Below are positions 39,080 through 48,693 of a stretch of DNA of 48,693 nucleotides, one piece after another (within the stretch, counting starts at the first letter, position 1; every line of letters starts with the position of its first letter). Under the pieces are notes generated by a model. The model was not told the origin of the DNA. It made no database searches and worked only from the letters and a program-made list of their open reading frames with translations. The DNA is from a bacterium (lineage in GTDB: Bacteria > Zhuqueibacterota > Zhuqueibacteria > Oceanimicrobiales > Oceanimicrobiaceae), in contig JBHIAC010000009.1 of the NCBI GenBank assembly GCA_046758365.1, positions 1 through 48,693 on the forward strand, in the 5' to 3' direction. Position numbers and translations under genes: made by a program.

Positions 39080-40363
39080 ATGGATTACATAATTTTACCA
39101 GCAAAAAAGATTTCAGGGACAGTAAAACTACCTGGTGATAAGTCTGTATCTCACCGAGCCTTGATGATAGGAGCCATCTCTGAAGGGACAACTGAAATAG
39201 AAAACCTTTCGGATGGAGCTGATATACAAAGTACAGCAACCTGTCTTAAAAATCTAGGAGTTCAAATTGAAGATAAAAAAAATCGGACCCTGGTGTACGG
39301 TAGGGGATTATTGGGTTTACGAGAATATAATGGCCTATTAAATGCCGGAAACTCTGGCACAACAATACGACTGCTTACAGGGATTTTAGCGGGGCAAAAA
39401 TTCTCATCCACGATAACTGGAGACGAATCTCTACGAAAGCGACCCATGTCTCGAATAATTAAACCATTGAGACAAATGGGGGCTCACATTGAGGCTGTTA
39501 AAGATGAATATGCTCCACTTTTCATAAAAGGAGGAAGATTAGTTCCACTAAATTATACGCTGCCCATGGCCAGCGCTCAGGTAAAATCATGTTTACTTTT
39601 TGCTGGACTCTTTGCCGAAGGTACGACTGAAATTTGTGAGCCATATCTCTCCCGTGATCATACGGAGCGAATGCTGCAAATTTTTGGTGCTAATATTGAA
39701 AAAGAGGAGCTAAAGGTTTCTGTTTCTGGCCCAGCAAAATTACAAGCTCAAACGATATTTGTGCCTTGTGATTTATCGTTAGCAGCTTTTTTTATAGCTG
39801 CCGCAATTTTAGTAAAAAATTCGAAATTGAAAATCGAAAAAGTTGGAATCAATCCCAGCCGTAAAGCATTATTGACCTTACTATGTGATATGGGAGCTGA
39901 TATAAATATTGCCAATATCACTAATATCAATAATGAGCTGATGGCTGATATCTTCGTCAGAAATTCAAAATTAAAAGGTGTGAATGTTGGAGGTTCACTT
40001 ATTCCTCAAATAATTGACGAAATTCCTATATTGGCAGTGTTGGCAACTCAGGCAGAGGGTACAACAGTAATTCGAGATGCGATGGAGTTACGTTATAAAG
40101 AATCTGACAGAATTCGCACAGTGACACATAATTTAAGAAACATGGGAGCTAAAGTTGAAGAATTAGAAGATGGATTTATCATTCAGGGTCCAGTCAAATT
40201 GAAAAGTGCTGACTTAGATAGCTTCAACGACCACCGTATATCTATGGCTTTTGCAGTAGCCGGGTTAATTGCTGATCAACAGAGTAGCATTAAAAATGCT
40301 GATTGTATCAGGGTGAGTTTTCCAGAATTTTTTGAACAATTAAAAAAGGTAATCTATGGTTGA
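39080..40363 (+). CDS. aroA: EPSP synthase
   Basis: PGDKSVSHRA, GNSGTTIRL, SAQVKS, RDHTERM, IDEIP, KESDRI, DHRISM. Confidence 0.97.
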   Translation: MDYIILPAKKISGTVKLPGDKSVSHRALMIGAISEGTTEIENLSDGADIQSTATCLKNLGVQIEDKKNRTLVYGRGLLGLREYNGLLNAGNSGTTIRLLTGILAGQKFSSTITGDESLRKRPMSRIIKPLRQMGAHIEAVKDEYAPLFIKGGRLVPLNYTLPMASAQVKSCLLFAGLFAEGTTEICEPYLSRDHTERMLQIFGANIEKEELKVSVSGPAKLQAQTIFVPCDLSLAAFFIAAAILVKNSKLKIEKVGINPSRKALLTLLCDMGADINIANITNINNELMADIFVRNSKLKGVNVGGSLIPQIIDEIPILAVLATQAEGTTVIRDAMELRYKESDRIRTVTHNLRNMGAKVEELEDGFIIQGPVKLKSADLDSFNDHRISMAFAVAGLIADQQSSIKNADCIRVSFPEFFEQLKKVIYG

Positions 40364-41237
40364 AGTAAAAGAAAAACATTTTGGAATTATTGGTTATCCT
40401 TTGGGACATTCATTATCTCCTATTTTACATGAATTTTTATTAAACAAAATTGACATGAAAGGTTGTTACCATGATTTGGAAGTAACAAAAGAAAAGCTTG
40501 ATGCTGTAATTCAAAGTATGAAAACACTCGGCTTTACAGGTTTTAATGTAACCATTCCATATAAGCAGATAATAGTCTCATATTTAGATGAAATACATGA
40601 GGAAGCCCAATGGATAGGCGCTGTCAATACCGTTTTGATTAATAATAATAAGCTATATGGTTATAACACAGATGGCATCGGTTTTATACAGGCCCTTATA
40701 AATAGAAACATTGACATCAATGAAAAATTTGCTTTAGTGTTAGGCGCTGGAGGCGCAGCCCGGGCCGTGGTATATTCTTTAATTCGCCACGGTCTAAAGA
40801 AATTGTGGGTTTTGAATCGTACTCCCAACCGAGCTGAACTTTTGGCCAATGAGGTTTGTAAAGGAACTGGATTTCAAAATATTGTTGTTGGCAAGTTATC
40901 ACGTAATATTCAAAGAAATGCAGTTGAATCTTTGGAAATATTAATCAACACGACTCCCTTAGGTATGTGGCCGGCGGTTGAAGCAACCCCCATTTCTTTG
41001 GATATTATCTCACCAGATTTAACGGTTATAGATTTGGTTTACAATCCGGCTGAGACGAAATTTTTAAAAGCAGCACGGTCTGCAGGTGCAAATACTATGG
41101 GCGGGTTAGAAATGCTAATTTTTCAGGGCGTGGAAGCAATGAATATTTGGACTAGTATGCGAATTCCCATTGAAAATTTTTTTAATGAACTTAAATCAAA
41201 ACTTACTCAAAAATTAAAAGACTATGGGAAACATTAG
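40356..41237 (+). CDS. aroE: Shikimate dehydrogenase
   Basis: HSLSP, NVTIPYK, GAVNT, NTDG, GAGGAAR. Confidence 0.96.
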   Translation: MVEVKEKHFGIIGYPLGHSLSPILHEFLLNKIDMKGCYHDLEVTKEKLDAVIQSMKTLGFTGFNVTIPYKQIIVSYLDEIHEEAQWIGAVNTVLINNNKLYGYNTDGIGFIQALINRNIDINEKFALVLGAGGAARAVVYSLIRHGLKKLWVLNRTPNRAELLANEVCKGTGFQNIVVGKLSRNIQRNAVESLEILINTTPLGMWPAVEATPISLDIISPDLTVIDLVYNPAETKFLKAARSAGANTMGGLEMLIFQGVEAMNIWTSMRIPIENFFNELKSKLTQKLKDYGKH

Positions 41238-42423
41238 AATTTTAACTGCTGGAGAGTCACACGGTCAAGGACTGGTTGGTATCATTGAGGGTATACCAGC
41301 AGGCTTAAAAATTAGTGAAGACGATATACTCAAGGAGCTTCAACGAAGGCAGATGGGCTATGGTCGGGGAGGCCGCATGAAAATAGAAAGAGATCGTGCT
41401 CGAATAATTTCCGGGGTGCGATTTGGAAAAACCGTAGGAAGCCCTATTACACTGCTTTTAGAGAATAAAGACTGGAAAAATTGGCAAAATATAATGGCGG
41501 TAGAAGATTCAGGAGAAGCCATCAAGCCGGTGACCGTACCACGTCCTGGGCATGCAGATTATGCAGGCGCGGTAAAATATGGACACAAAGATCTCCGTAA
41601 TATTTTTGAAAGGGCTAGTGCTCGGGAAACTGCCATGCGGGTGGCTTTGGGAAGCATTGCCAAAAAATTCTTAGAGGAATTCGCTATCAAGATTGTAAGT
41701 CATGTGCTTCAAATCCATTCGATCAGAAGTTCCTTCACGTTAGCAAATATGGGTGGAAAGAACTTAAATACAATATTAGATTTTAAATTAGAAGAAATAA
41801 GCCACAAGGCCGACAATTCTGCTGTTCGCTGCATTGATAGCATCATTGAATCACAAATGATTGCGAAAATTGATGAAGCCAAAAAGCAACGCGATACTGT
41901 TGGGGGAATATTTGAAGTCGCTGCGTTGCATTTGCCAGTGGGCTTGGGCAGTCACGTCCACTGGGAACGAAAATTGGACGCCCGTATTGCCTATGCAATG
42001 ATGAGCATTCCAGCCATGAAAGGTGTGGAAATTGGATTGGGGTTTGAAGCAGCCTCGAAATTTGGCTCTCAGGTTCATGACCAAATTTATTATGCGGACG
42101 AGATAAAATATTATAGAAGCAGCAACCACGCAGGTGGCTTGGAAGGCGGGATTACCAATGGGATGCCGCTGGTAGTGCGGGTGGCCATGAAACCTATTTC
42201 GACTTTGATGAGACCATTAGATTCGGTGGATATAGTCACAAAAGAGAAGGCTCAAGCCCATGTGGAACGAAGTGATGTTTGCGCTGTTCCAGCCGCTTCT
42301 ATTATAGGTGAAGCGATTTTAGCGTTAGTTTTAGCTGATGCATTTTTAGAAAAATTTGGCGGAGATTCTATAAACGAAATAAAAGAGACCTATGAACGGT
42401 GGGAAAAAATATCGGAAATTTAA
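41224..42423 (+). CDS. aroC: Chorismate synthase
   Basis: TAGESHG, PRPGHAD, ERASARET, MKPIST, RSDVC. Confidence 0.97.
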   Translation: MGNIRILTAGESHGQGLVGIIEGIPAGLKISEDDILKELQRRQMGYGRGGRMKIERDRARIISGVRFGKTVGSPITLLLENKDWKNWQNIMAVEDSGEAIKPVTVPRPGHADYAGAVKYGHKDLRNIFERASARETAMRVALGSIAKKFLEEFAIKIVSHVLQIHSIRSSFTLANMGGKNLNTILDFKLEEISHKADNSAVRCIDSIIESQMIAKIDEAKKQRDTVGGIFEVAALHLPVGLGSHVHWERKLDARIAYAMMSIPAMKGVEIGLGFEAASKFGSQVHDQIYYADEIKYYRSSNHAGGLEGGITNGMPLVVRVAMKPISTLMRPLDSVDIVTKEKAQAHVERSDVCAVPAASIIGEAILALVLADAFLEKFGGDSINEIKETYERWEKISEI

Positions 42424-42943
42424 GAAAAATATATATCTAATTGGTTTTATGGGCGCGGGTAAAAGCACGGTTGGTAAAATATTAGCCAAGAAGTTGAATC
42501 GAAATTTTATTGATACCGATGTTTTAATTGAAATGAAATTAGATAAATCCATTTCAAAAATATTCTTAGAAAAAGGAGAAAAATATTTTAGAGAGATTGA
42601 ATCAGGTGTAGTAAAAGAAGTTGCCCTTAAAGATAATTTTGTGATAGCTTTAGGCGGTGGGGCTATTATTCGTCAAGAAAATTGGGAGGTTATAAAAAAA
42701 TCAGGAATCATTATTTATTTAAAATGGGATATCAAGTCGCTAATATCAAGAATTTTTGGTGACAAAAAAAGACCTCTAGTTCAAGAAAAGATCGGAGCTA
42801 CAGGCAAATATGAAATAAAAAAATTGTTGTGTGAAAGAGAACCATTTTATGAAAGTGCTGATATTATTTTAAATTGCGAAAATAAAATGCCTCCAGTACA
42901 GATTGCTGACAAAATTGTCTGTGCCCTTCACGAGAAAAGATGA
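42392..42943 (+). CDS. aroK: Shikimate kinase
   Basis: GFMGAGKSTVG, GEKYFREIE, ALGGG, RPL. Confidence 0.95.
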   Translation: MNGGKKYRKFKKNIYLIGFMGAGKSTVGKILAKKLNRNFIDTDVLIEMKLDKSISKIFLEKGEKYFREIESGVVKEVALKDNFVIALGGGAIIRQENWEVIKKSGIIIYLKWDIKSLISRIFGDKKRPLVQEKIGATGKYEIKKLLCEREPFYESADIILNCENKMPPVQIADKIVCALHEKR

Positions 42944-43803
42944 GTAGACTTATAGTAATACACGGACCAAATTTGAATCTTTTAGGGGAGCGAGAACCCG
43001 AAGTTTATGGGAAAATGACTCTAAAAGAGCTAAATGCTACAATCGAGAGATTCGCCCAAAAAATGAATGTTAAAGTCAAAACTTTTCAATCAAATTATGA
43101 AGGAGCCATCATTGATTTTATCCATGAAAATAGAAAATGGGCTCAAGGCTTGGTGATTAACCCTGGTGCTCTCACTCACTACAGCTATTCTTTACGAGAT
43201 GCCATTGCCTCTGTAAATTTGCCAACGGTAGAAGTTCATCTATCCGACATTCATCAACGAGAAGAATTTCGCAAGCATTCTGTAATACAAGATGTATGTG
43301 TTAAACAATTAGTTGGTATGGGGCATCAAGGTTATTTTAGAGGTATAGAGTACCTTGTTGGAATTAATTTAGCTAAGGATTTAGAATCATTTATTTCAAT
43401 TAATTCCAATGGTGACGAAATTTTTAAAAAAGCTGTTATACTTTTAAAACAAAGCAATCCTAAATACACTTGGGTTGGAATTTATCTATTAGAGGGTGAC
43501 GAATTAGTACTACACAATTATTTAGGTAAACCTTCACCACCCACCAGAATACCTTTGGGCCAAGGAATTTGTGGGGCTGCTGCAATGGAGACGAAATCCA
43601 TAATTGTGCCAGATGTTAATTCAGATCCACGCTACTTGGCCTGTAGTGTAGAAACACAATCTGAAATTGTTGTACCTATAATTGTTGATGATAAGGTCTT
43701 TGGAGAAATTGATATCGATAGCGATTTTAAGGATTCTTTTCATGAGGGTGATCAAGAAATATTAGAAAAAGTTTCTAAACTTTTATCTCAAAACTTAACC
43801 TGA
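42940..43803 (+). CDS. aroQ: Type II 3-dehydroquinate dehydratase fused to a GAF (fRMsr/MsrC-like) domain
   Basis: HGPNLNLLGEREPEVYG, NPGALTHYS, EVHLSD; then WVGIY, GQGICG, YLACS..TQSEIVVP, EIDIDS. Confidence 0.92.
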   Translation: MSRLIVIHGPNLNLLGEREPEVYGKMTLKELNATIERFAQKMNVKVKTFQSNYEGAIIDFIHENRKWAQGLVINPGALTHYSYSLRDAIASVNLPTVEVHLSDIHQREEFRKHSVIQDVCVKQLVGMGHQGYFRGIEYLVGINLAKDLESFISINSNGDEIFKKAVILLKQSNPKYTWVGIYLLEGDELVLHNYLGKPSPPTRIPLGQGICGAAAMETKSIIVPDVNSDPRYLACSVETQSEIVVPIIVDDKVFGEIDIDSDFKDSFHEGDQEILEKVSKLLSQNLT

Positions 43804-44018
43804 ATTATTCTTAAATTCTACCACATTTATATTAACTTTGTGTACTTGTGGGTATAAATTATTCCGGTTAAAAAATGCCCGACATTTTTGCAAATAAAAA
43901 CATAAACTATGACAATTAATCTTACTTTTTCAAAAAAATTTTAATAAAAAATTTATAGCGAAATAAGTATTAATATAAACTTTTAATAATTATTTACTTA
44001 AGAAAGCATAAAATATAT

Positions 44019-44034
44019 TGGTACAAAAGTTGCA
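44019..44034 (+). promoter_or_regulatory. Sigma54 (-24/-12) promoter upstream of lon
   Basis: TGGTAC-N5-TTGCA; palindrome AAAAATG-N5-CATTTTT at 43871-43889 as a possible activator site. Confidence 0.7.
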
Positions 44035-44046
44035 TAAAGAATATAT

Positions 44047-44188
44047 GTGTATACTGCAAAAAGAGAAATGAATCAAAAGCTAACCTTCTTTGAGTCTTTG
44101 AAGTATGGTTGTTTTTTTATGAGTTATTTAACCCTATTAATACTAACTTAATTATAAAATAAGAAGGTTAGCTTTTTGCAGTAATGTC
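44047..44188. mobile_element. MITE-like element, family B copy 2 (inverted relative to copy 1)
   Basis: TACTGCAAAAAG/CTTTTTGCAGTA TIR core; internal AAAAGCTAACCTTCTT/AAGAAGGTTAGCTTTT; flanks ATATAT/ATAAAT. Confidence 0.72.
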
Positions 44189-44244
44189 ATAAATAATTAA
44201 CTTATATCCTGACTTATTGACACAATCAGAGGATTCATAAAATT

Positions 44245-46662
44245 ATGAAAAATGAAAATCACCAATTTGATGAAATAGAAGAGTTAAACTCGGAAAATAC
44301 CACAGATGAGGATATAGATTCATCAGATAAAACTATTGCAATGAAATTTAACATGCCCAAGGTATTACCCGTTCTCCCTCTTAGAAATACAGTTGTGTTT
44401 CCTCAACAAATTCTTCCTTTGTCTGTGGGACGGGAAAAGTCAATAAAATTAATTGAAAAATCTAAGGAGGGTAGCAAATTTATTGTCTTAGTTGCGCAAC
44501 AGGATGGCAAAGTTGATGATCCAGGAACAAAGGATTTGTATCATTGGGGCACTATTGCTATAATTATGAAAGTTTTCAAAATGCCAGATCGAACGCAAAG
44601 CGTCATGGTTCAAGGAATAAGCCGTGCCCGAATTATTAATTATTCCCAAACTGAACCATTTTTAAAAGCCTTGGTTCAACCTCAAATTGAGAAGCAAGTG
44701 GAGGGGGTTGATATTGAAGCCTTGATTGGTAACCTTAAGGGACTTTTTCAAAAGGTTGTTGGATTGGCACCTTATCTTACGCCAGAACACGCTATGTTTG
44801 TAGCCAATACCGACGAACCGGGCCGATTAGCAGATATTATTACCTGGAACTTAAATATTTCCACGCCTGAAAAGCAATCTATTTTGGAATTTGTTGACAT
44901 TAAGGCAAGATTGGAAAAAGTAACTTATCTTCTTACTAAAGAACTACAAATTTTAGAATTAAGCAGTAAAATACAATCAGAAGTTCAAGGAGAAATTAAT
45001 AAAACACAACGTGAATATTACCTTAGAGAACAGTTAAGAGCCATTAAAAAAGAACTCGGTGAAGATCAGGATGAGCGTACCGCTGAAATTAATGAACTGC
45101 GTCATCGTATCAAAGAGGCAAAAATGCCAGAAGATGTTGAAAAGGTAGCGGAAAAAGAATTAGATAGGCTATCGAAAATGCCACCTGCGGCAGCAGAATA
45201 TACGGTTTCTCGAACTTATTTGGATTGGTTGATTGAACTTCCATGGAGTAATAGCACAGCGGATAACATGGATGTAAAGGCGGCTCAAAAAGTTTTGGAC
45301 GAAGATCATTATGGCTTAAAAAAAGTTAAAAATAGAATTATAGAATATTTAGCCGTTCGAAAATTAAAAAATGATATGAAAGGGCCAATTTTATGTTTTG
45401 TTGGTCCTCCTGGGGTGGGTAAAACATCGCTTGGGAAATCAATAGCAAGAGCCCTTGGGAGAAAGTTTGTGAGAAATTCATTAGGAGGTGTTCGGGATGA
45501 AGCAGAAATCAGAGGGCATCGCAGAACTTACATTGGCGCTCTACCAGGTCGCATAATTCAAGGACTAAAAAAGATTGATTCAAATAACCCGGTATATATG
45601 TTAGATGAAATAGATAAAGTGGGTATGGACTTTCGAGGGGACCCATCCTCAGCCCTGCTTGAAGTTTTGGACCCTGAACAAAATTCAACTTTCTCAGACC
45701 ATTATCTTGAGGTACCATTTGATTTATCAAAGGTAATGTTTATAGCTACTGCGAATCTTGCAGATCCAATTTTGCCTGCGCTTAAAGATAGAATGGAAAT
45801 TTTGGAGTTGCCAGGCTACACAGAGGATGAAAAACTAAAAATTGCTCAAAGGTATTTAATTCCAAAACAACTTGAAGCCCATGGTTTAACAAACGAACAA
45901 ATTAAATTTGAAGAAGATGCTCTTATTGAAATTATTAATTCTTATACTCGAGAAGCGGGGGTGCGGAATTTGGAGCGGGAAATTGCTTCCGTTTGTCGTG
46001 GTGTAGCTAAGGAAGTCGTTGAAGGCAAAACCGAGACAAAAACTGTCACCAAAGAAGTGCTTTCCCAATATTTGGGTCCCATCAAATACTTTTCAGAAGT
46101 TGCTGAAAGAACCTCTAGACCAGGGGTAGCTACTGGAATGGCCTGGACACCTGCTGGGGGTGACATTTTATTTATTGAAGCGACCAAAATGAGAGGTAAA
46201 GGTGATCTTATTATGACAGGTTCTCTAGGCGATGTTATGAAAGAATCAGCGCAAGCAGCTTTAAGTTATATTAGATCTAAAGCTAGTCATCTAAAAATTG
46301 ATGAAGAGGATTTTAAGAAAAACGATATCCATATTCACATACCAGCGGGTTCTATTCCCAAAGACGGCCCTTCTGCTGGAATCACTATCTTTACAGCCTT
46401 GGTCTCTATTTTTACTAATAGATTAGTTAACAATAATGTCGCAATGACTGGAGAAATTACACTTAGAGGATTAGTTCTACCTGTTGGTGGAATCAAAGAA
46501 AAAGTACTGGCCGCTCATCGTGCTGGTATTAAAAAAGTTATTCTACCTGAAAAAAACCAAAAAGATTTTGAGGAAGTCCCCGAAGAAATACGAAAAGAAC
46601 TTGAGCTCTGCTTTGTTGGCGAGATGGATCAAGTAATAAATCTGGCACTTTCAAATGAATAA
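44245..46662 (+). CDS. lon: ATP-dependent protease La
   Basis: [38 protein letters not shown]. Confidence 0.98.
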   Translation: MKNENHQFDEIEELNSENTTDEDIDSSDKTIAMKFNMPKVLPVLPLRNTVVFPQQILPLSVGREKSIKLIEKSKEGSKFIVLVAQQDGKVDDPGTKDLYHWGTIAIIMKVFKMPDRTQSVMVQGISRARIINYSQTEPFLKALVQPQIEKQVEGVDIEALIGNLKGLFQKVVGLAPYLTPEHAMFVANTDEPGRLADIITWNLNISTPEKQSILEFVDIKARLEKVTYLLTKELQILELSSKIQSEVQGEINKTQREYYLREQLRAIKKELGEDQDERTAEINELRHRIKEAKMPEDVEKVAEKELDRLSKMPPAAAEYTVSRTYLDWLIELPWSNSTADNMDVKAAQKVLDEDHYGLKKVKNRIIEYLAVRKLKNDMKGPILCFVGPPGVGKTSLGKSIARALGRKFVRNSLGGVRDEAEIRGHRRTYIGALPGRIIQGLKKIDSNNPVYMLDEIDKVGMDFRGDPSSALLEVLDPEQNSTFSDHYLEVPFDLSKVMFIATANLADPILPALKDRMEILELPGYTEDEKLKIAQRYLIPKQLEAHGLTNEQIKFEEDALIEIINSYTREAGVRNLEREIASVCRGVAKEVVEGKTETKTVTKEVLSQYLGPIKYFSEVAERTSRPGVATGMAWTPAGGDILFIEATKMRGKGDLIMTGSLGDVMKESAQAALSYIRSKASHLKIDEEDFKKNDIHIHIPAGSIPKDGPSAGITIFTALVSIFTNRLVNNNVAMTGEITLRGLVLPVGGIKEKVLAAHRAGIKKVILPEKNQKDFEEVPEEIRKELELCFVGEMDQVINLALSNE

Positions 46663-46878
46663 TAAAAAAGTCAAATTGTCTCATTAAATTCAAGTTGAAT
46701 CATTAAAATACAGTTTTGATAATTTTTAAATATCACTTGTAAGAAAGGAAAGAATTTATGCTTAAAAAAAATAACTAGTTACCTATAATCATAGGCCTTA
46801 TAGTTGTTGGCATGGTCTTTGTTTTGCCTAGAACATAAATTAATTATGAAGATTTCAACGACCATTTCGATTATGCCT

Positions 46879-47412
46879 ATGAAAGAACTTCTATATTTCT
46901 CCTTCTCAGATTTAATGATTCAAGTGAAATACAGTAAAGATGTAAATTCTCTCCAATATGCTTCCCATAGAAAAATAACCATTGGAGAACGGGTAATCAT
47001 CGAGCAATATCTTCTTACTAATATCGCAGTTAAAACTGAATATTATCAGAAACACCCATCAGTACTTGTTTATTTGGGAATTAATAGTAAATTGGTCAAA
47101 GAGTTAAACCTGTTTCATCTAAAAAATACCATAAAATTTTTAAAGGACAAAGAACAAGATGTTGAGAATTCAGTTAAAAACTTAATCACTGAATCTATGT
47201 CAAAATATTATTTTGAGCAGATAGGAAATACAATATTGGAAATAAGAAAAATTGCTAAAGATCCCTATTCAGAAAAAAAAATGGTCTATTATAAAAATAA
47301 ATTAGAAGAATTAGTTGATGCTTATAATATATATACTAACCGCAAAGTTACCATTGAAGAAGTTTTACCTAATGAACTCATCTCATATTTTAAAGAGGTT
47401 TACGATGAATAG
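46879..47412 (+). CDS. Hypothetical soluble protein
   Basis: Long ORF whose end overlaps the start of the next gene; start uncertain. Confidence 0.65.
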   Translation: MKELLYFSFSDLMIQVKYSKDVNSLQYASHRKITIGERVIIEQYLLTNIAVKTEYYQKHPSVLVYLGINSKLVKELNLFHLKNTIKFLKDKEQDVENSVKNLITESMSKYYFEQIGNTILEIRKIAKDPYSEKKMVYYKNKLEELVDAYNIYTNRKVTIEEVLPNELISYFKEVYDE

Positions 47413-48661
47413 GAATCTTACATCTTTGTGCTTGGCTTTTTTCCTATTTTTTTTCGCAACTGTTTCCTTTTCACAGATATCGAAAGATAAGTTAGGATTT
47501 GGGTTAAATGTTGGCGGACAAAGGCTCTATGGAGACAGGACAAGCGTAGGGATTGGTATAGGTTTTGAAGGTTTAGTTACATATAGGATTTTAGAATTTG
47601 CAGACCTTGGTTTTGCTCTTGGTTATAATCAATTAAAATATAAGATGCCCTCTTCTGTATCTAATACTACTGATATAATAAATGTCGACTTAAAGGGTAA
47701 TTTCGAAATCTTATCCAAAGGCCCGATTCGTCCATACTTGTCATTAGGAGCTGGTTTACTAAATTTTCATGTACATAATTCAGGAGCTGGTCGATTTTCC
47801 GATGCAGCTTTTTTCGGTGGAGGTGGACTTAAGGTTCAACTAAGCCGCCAAATTAATTGGCTCATTGGCGCTGATTATAGATTTATAACAGGTGATAACC
47901 TTGACAATATATCTTTAAATAACGAAGGTAAATCCAATGATGGCTTCCTGAATATTCGAACAGGTGTTATCTACAGTCTGCATAAAAATGAAACCGGTAA
48001 GTCACAAGTTATTGCAATGGAAAAAGTTCCGTTCTATGAAGTAGAAAACGAGGCAATGCCAGATGAAAGAGAACCAAACAATCCTTTAAATGTTGAACAA
48101 GAAACCAAAGATATGGAAGAATATGTTAGGTTGAAATCTAGAGTTGATGAAATCACTGAACAGATAGATTCTAAAGAAGAGGAAATATCTAAATTGCGAG
48201 ATAAATTAAACGAGCAAAAGAAAAAAGTAGCCTCGCTTGAGAGAACTGCAGCTAAAGAGCCATCGGTTTCAATTAGAAAGAGCTCCTCTATGTCTGGATT
48301 TTCCGAGATCTATGAAGAGGCATTAACGAATTTTTACAACAAGCAGCACATGGAAGCTATTTCGCTTTTTCAACTTTTGCTCCAACAATATCCCAAGCAT
48401 TCATTAGCTAGTAATTGCCAGTATTGGATTGGTGAATGCTATTTGGCTATGAATCGCTATCAAGAATCTATCGATGCTTTTTATAAAGTTTTGAGTTTTG
48501 AACGTTCATTTAAAAAGGATGATTCTTTATTTCTTCTGGGAAAGGCTTATCTAAAAATTGGTGCAGGGGATAGAGCTAGAGAATCTTTTGCACGTTTGAT
48601 TCGCGAATATCCAAATAGCGAATTTATTCAGGAAGCTAAAAATTATTTAGGTAAATTATAA
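47405..48661 (+). CDS. OMP beta-barrel - coiled coil - TPR (CpoB-like) protein
   Basis: Signal peptide; RPYLSLGAG, GGGLKVQL, NIRTGVIY strands; coiled coil; YPKHSLASNCQYWIGECY. Confidence 0.85.
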   Translation: MNRNLTSLCLAFFLFFFATVSFSQISKDKLGFGLNVGGQRLYGDRTSVGIGIGFEGLVTYRILEFADLGFALGYNQLKYKMPSSVSNTTDIINVDLKGNFEILSKGPIRPYLSLGAGLLNFHVHNSGAGRFSDAAFFGGGGLKVQLSRQINWLIGADYRFITGDNLDNISLNNEGKSNDGFLNIRTGVIYSLHKNETGKSQVIAMEKVPFYEVENEAMPDEREPNNPLNVEQETKDMEEYVRLKSRVDEITEQIDSKEEEISKLRDKLNEQKKKVASLERTAAKEPSVSIRKSSSMSGFSEIYEEALTNFYNKQHMEAISLFQLLLQQYPKHSLASNCQYWIGECYLAMNRYQESIDAFYKVLSFERSFKKDDSLFLLGKAYLKIGAGDRARESFARLIREYPNSEFIQEAKNYLGKL

Positions 48662-48693
48662 AGAATTCCTTCCCTAATTAGATAAATAATTAA

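Noticed and set aside
39760..39795. AroA inactivation by PCDLSLA in place of the usual PGDxSSA
   Set aside because: All main substrate-binding and catalytic motifs are intact and the frame is uninterrupted; not enough to claim loss of function.

Overview
AT-rich bacterial chromosomal window from a diderm; gene content and repeat style are suggestive of a KSB1/Calditrichota/FCB-like lineage (inference only). It runs from tRNA-fMet and a short decayed region through an S8 protease with a CFI-box-like tail, a lone groES, and a tol-pal operon interrupted by an OMP gene plus hicBA with attC-like remnants. Next come ccmH, a LolA-like lipoprotein, an FHA-lytic transglycosylase, pckA, a PAS hybrid kinase, a dtxR / TM-DtxR-FeoA / split feoB metal-uptake operon, DUF3047, pdxH (probable ATA start), an MBL hydrolase, an APC-EIIA-TrkA_C transporter and a GlsB-family gene. 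A ~15 kb aromatic amino-acid cluster follows (trpEGDCFBA, chorismate mutase, DAHP synthase, tyrA, dead vapBC, aroAECK, aroQ-GAF), then lon and a barrel-TPR gene. The strongest non-obvious signal is an unannotated 32-aa Trp+Tyr-rich, Phe-free leader peptide with a complete 1:2/2:3/3:4 attenuator heading the aromatic cluster, which contains tyrA but no prephenate dehydratase. Other findings are two MITE families with target-site duplications, a doubly inactivated TA pair, and a candidate RNA switch upstream of the APC transporter. All family calls come from motif recognition, not database searches.
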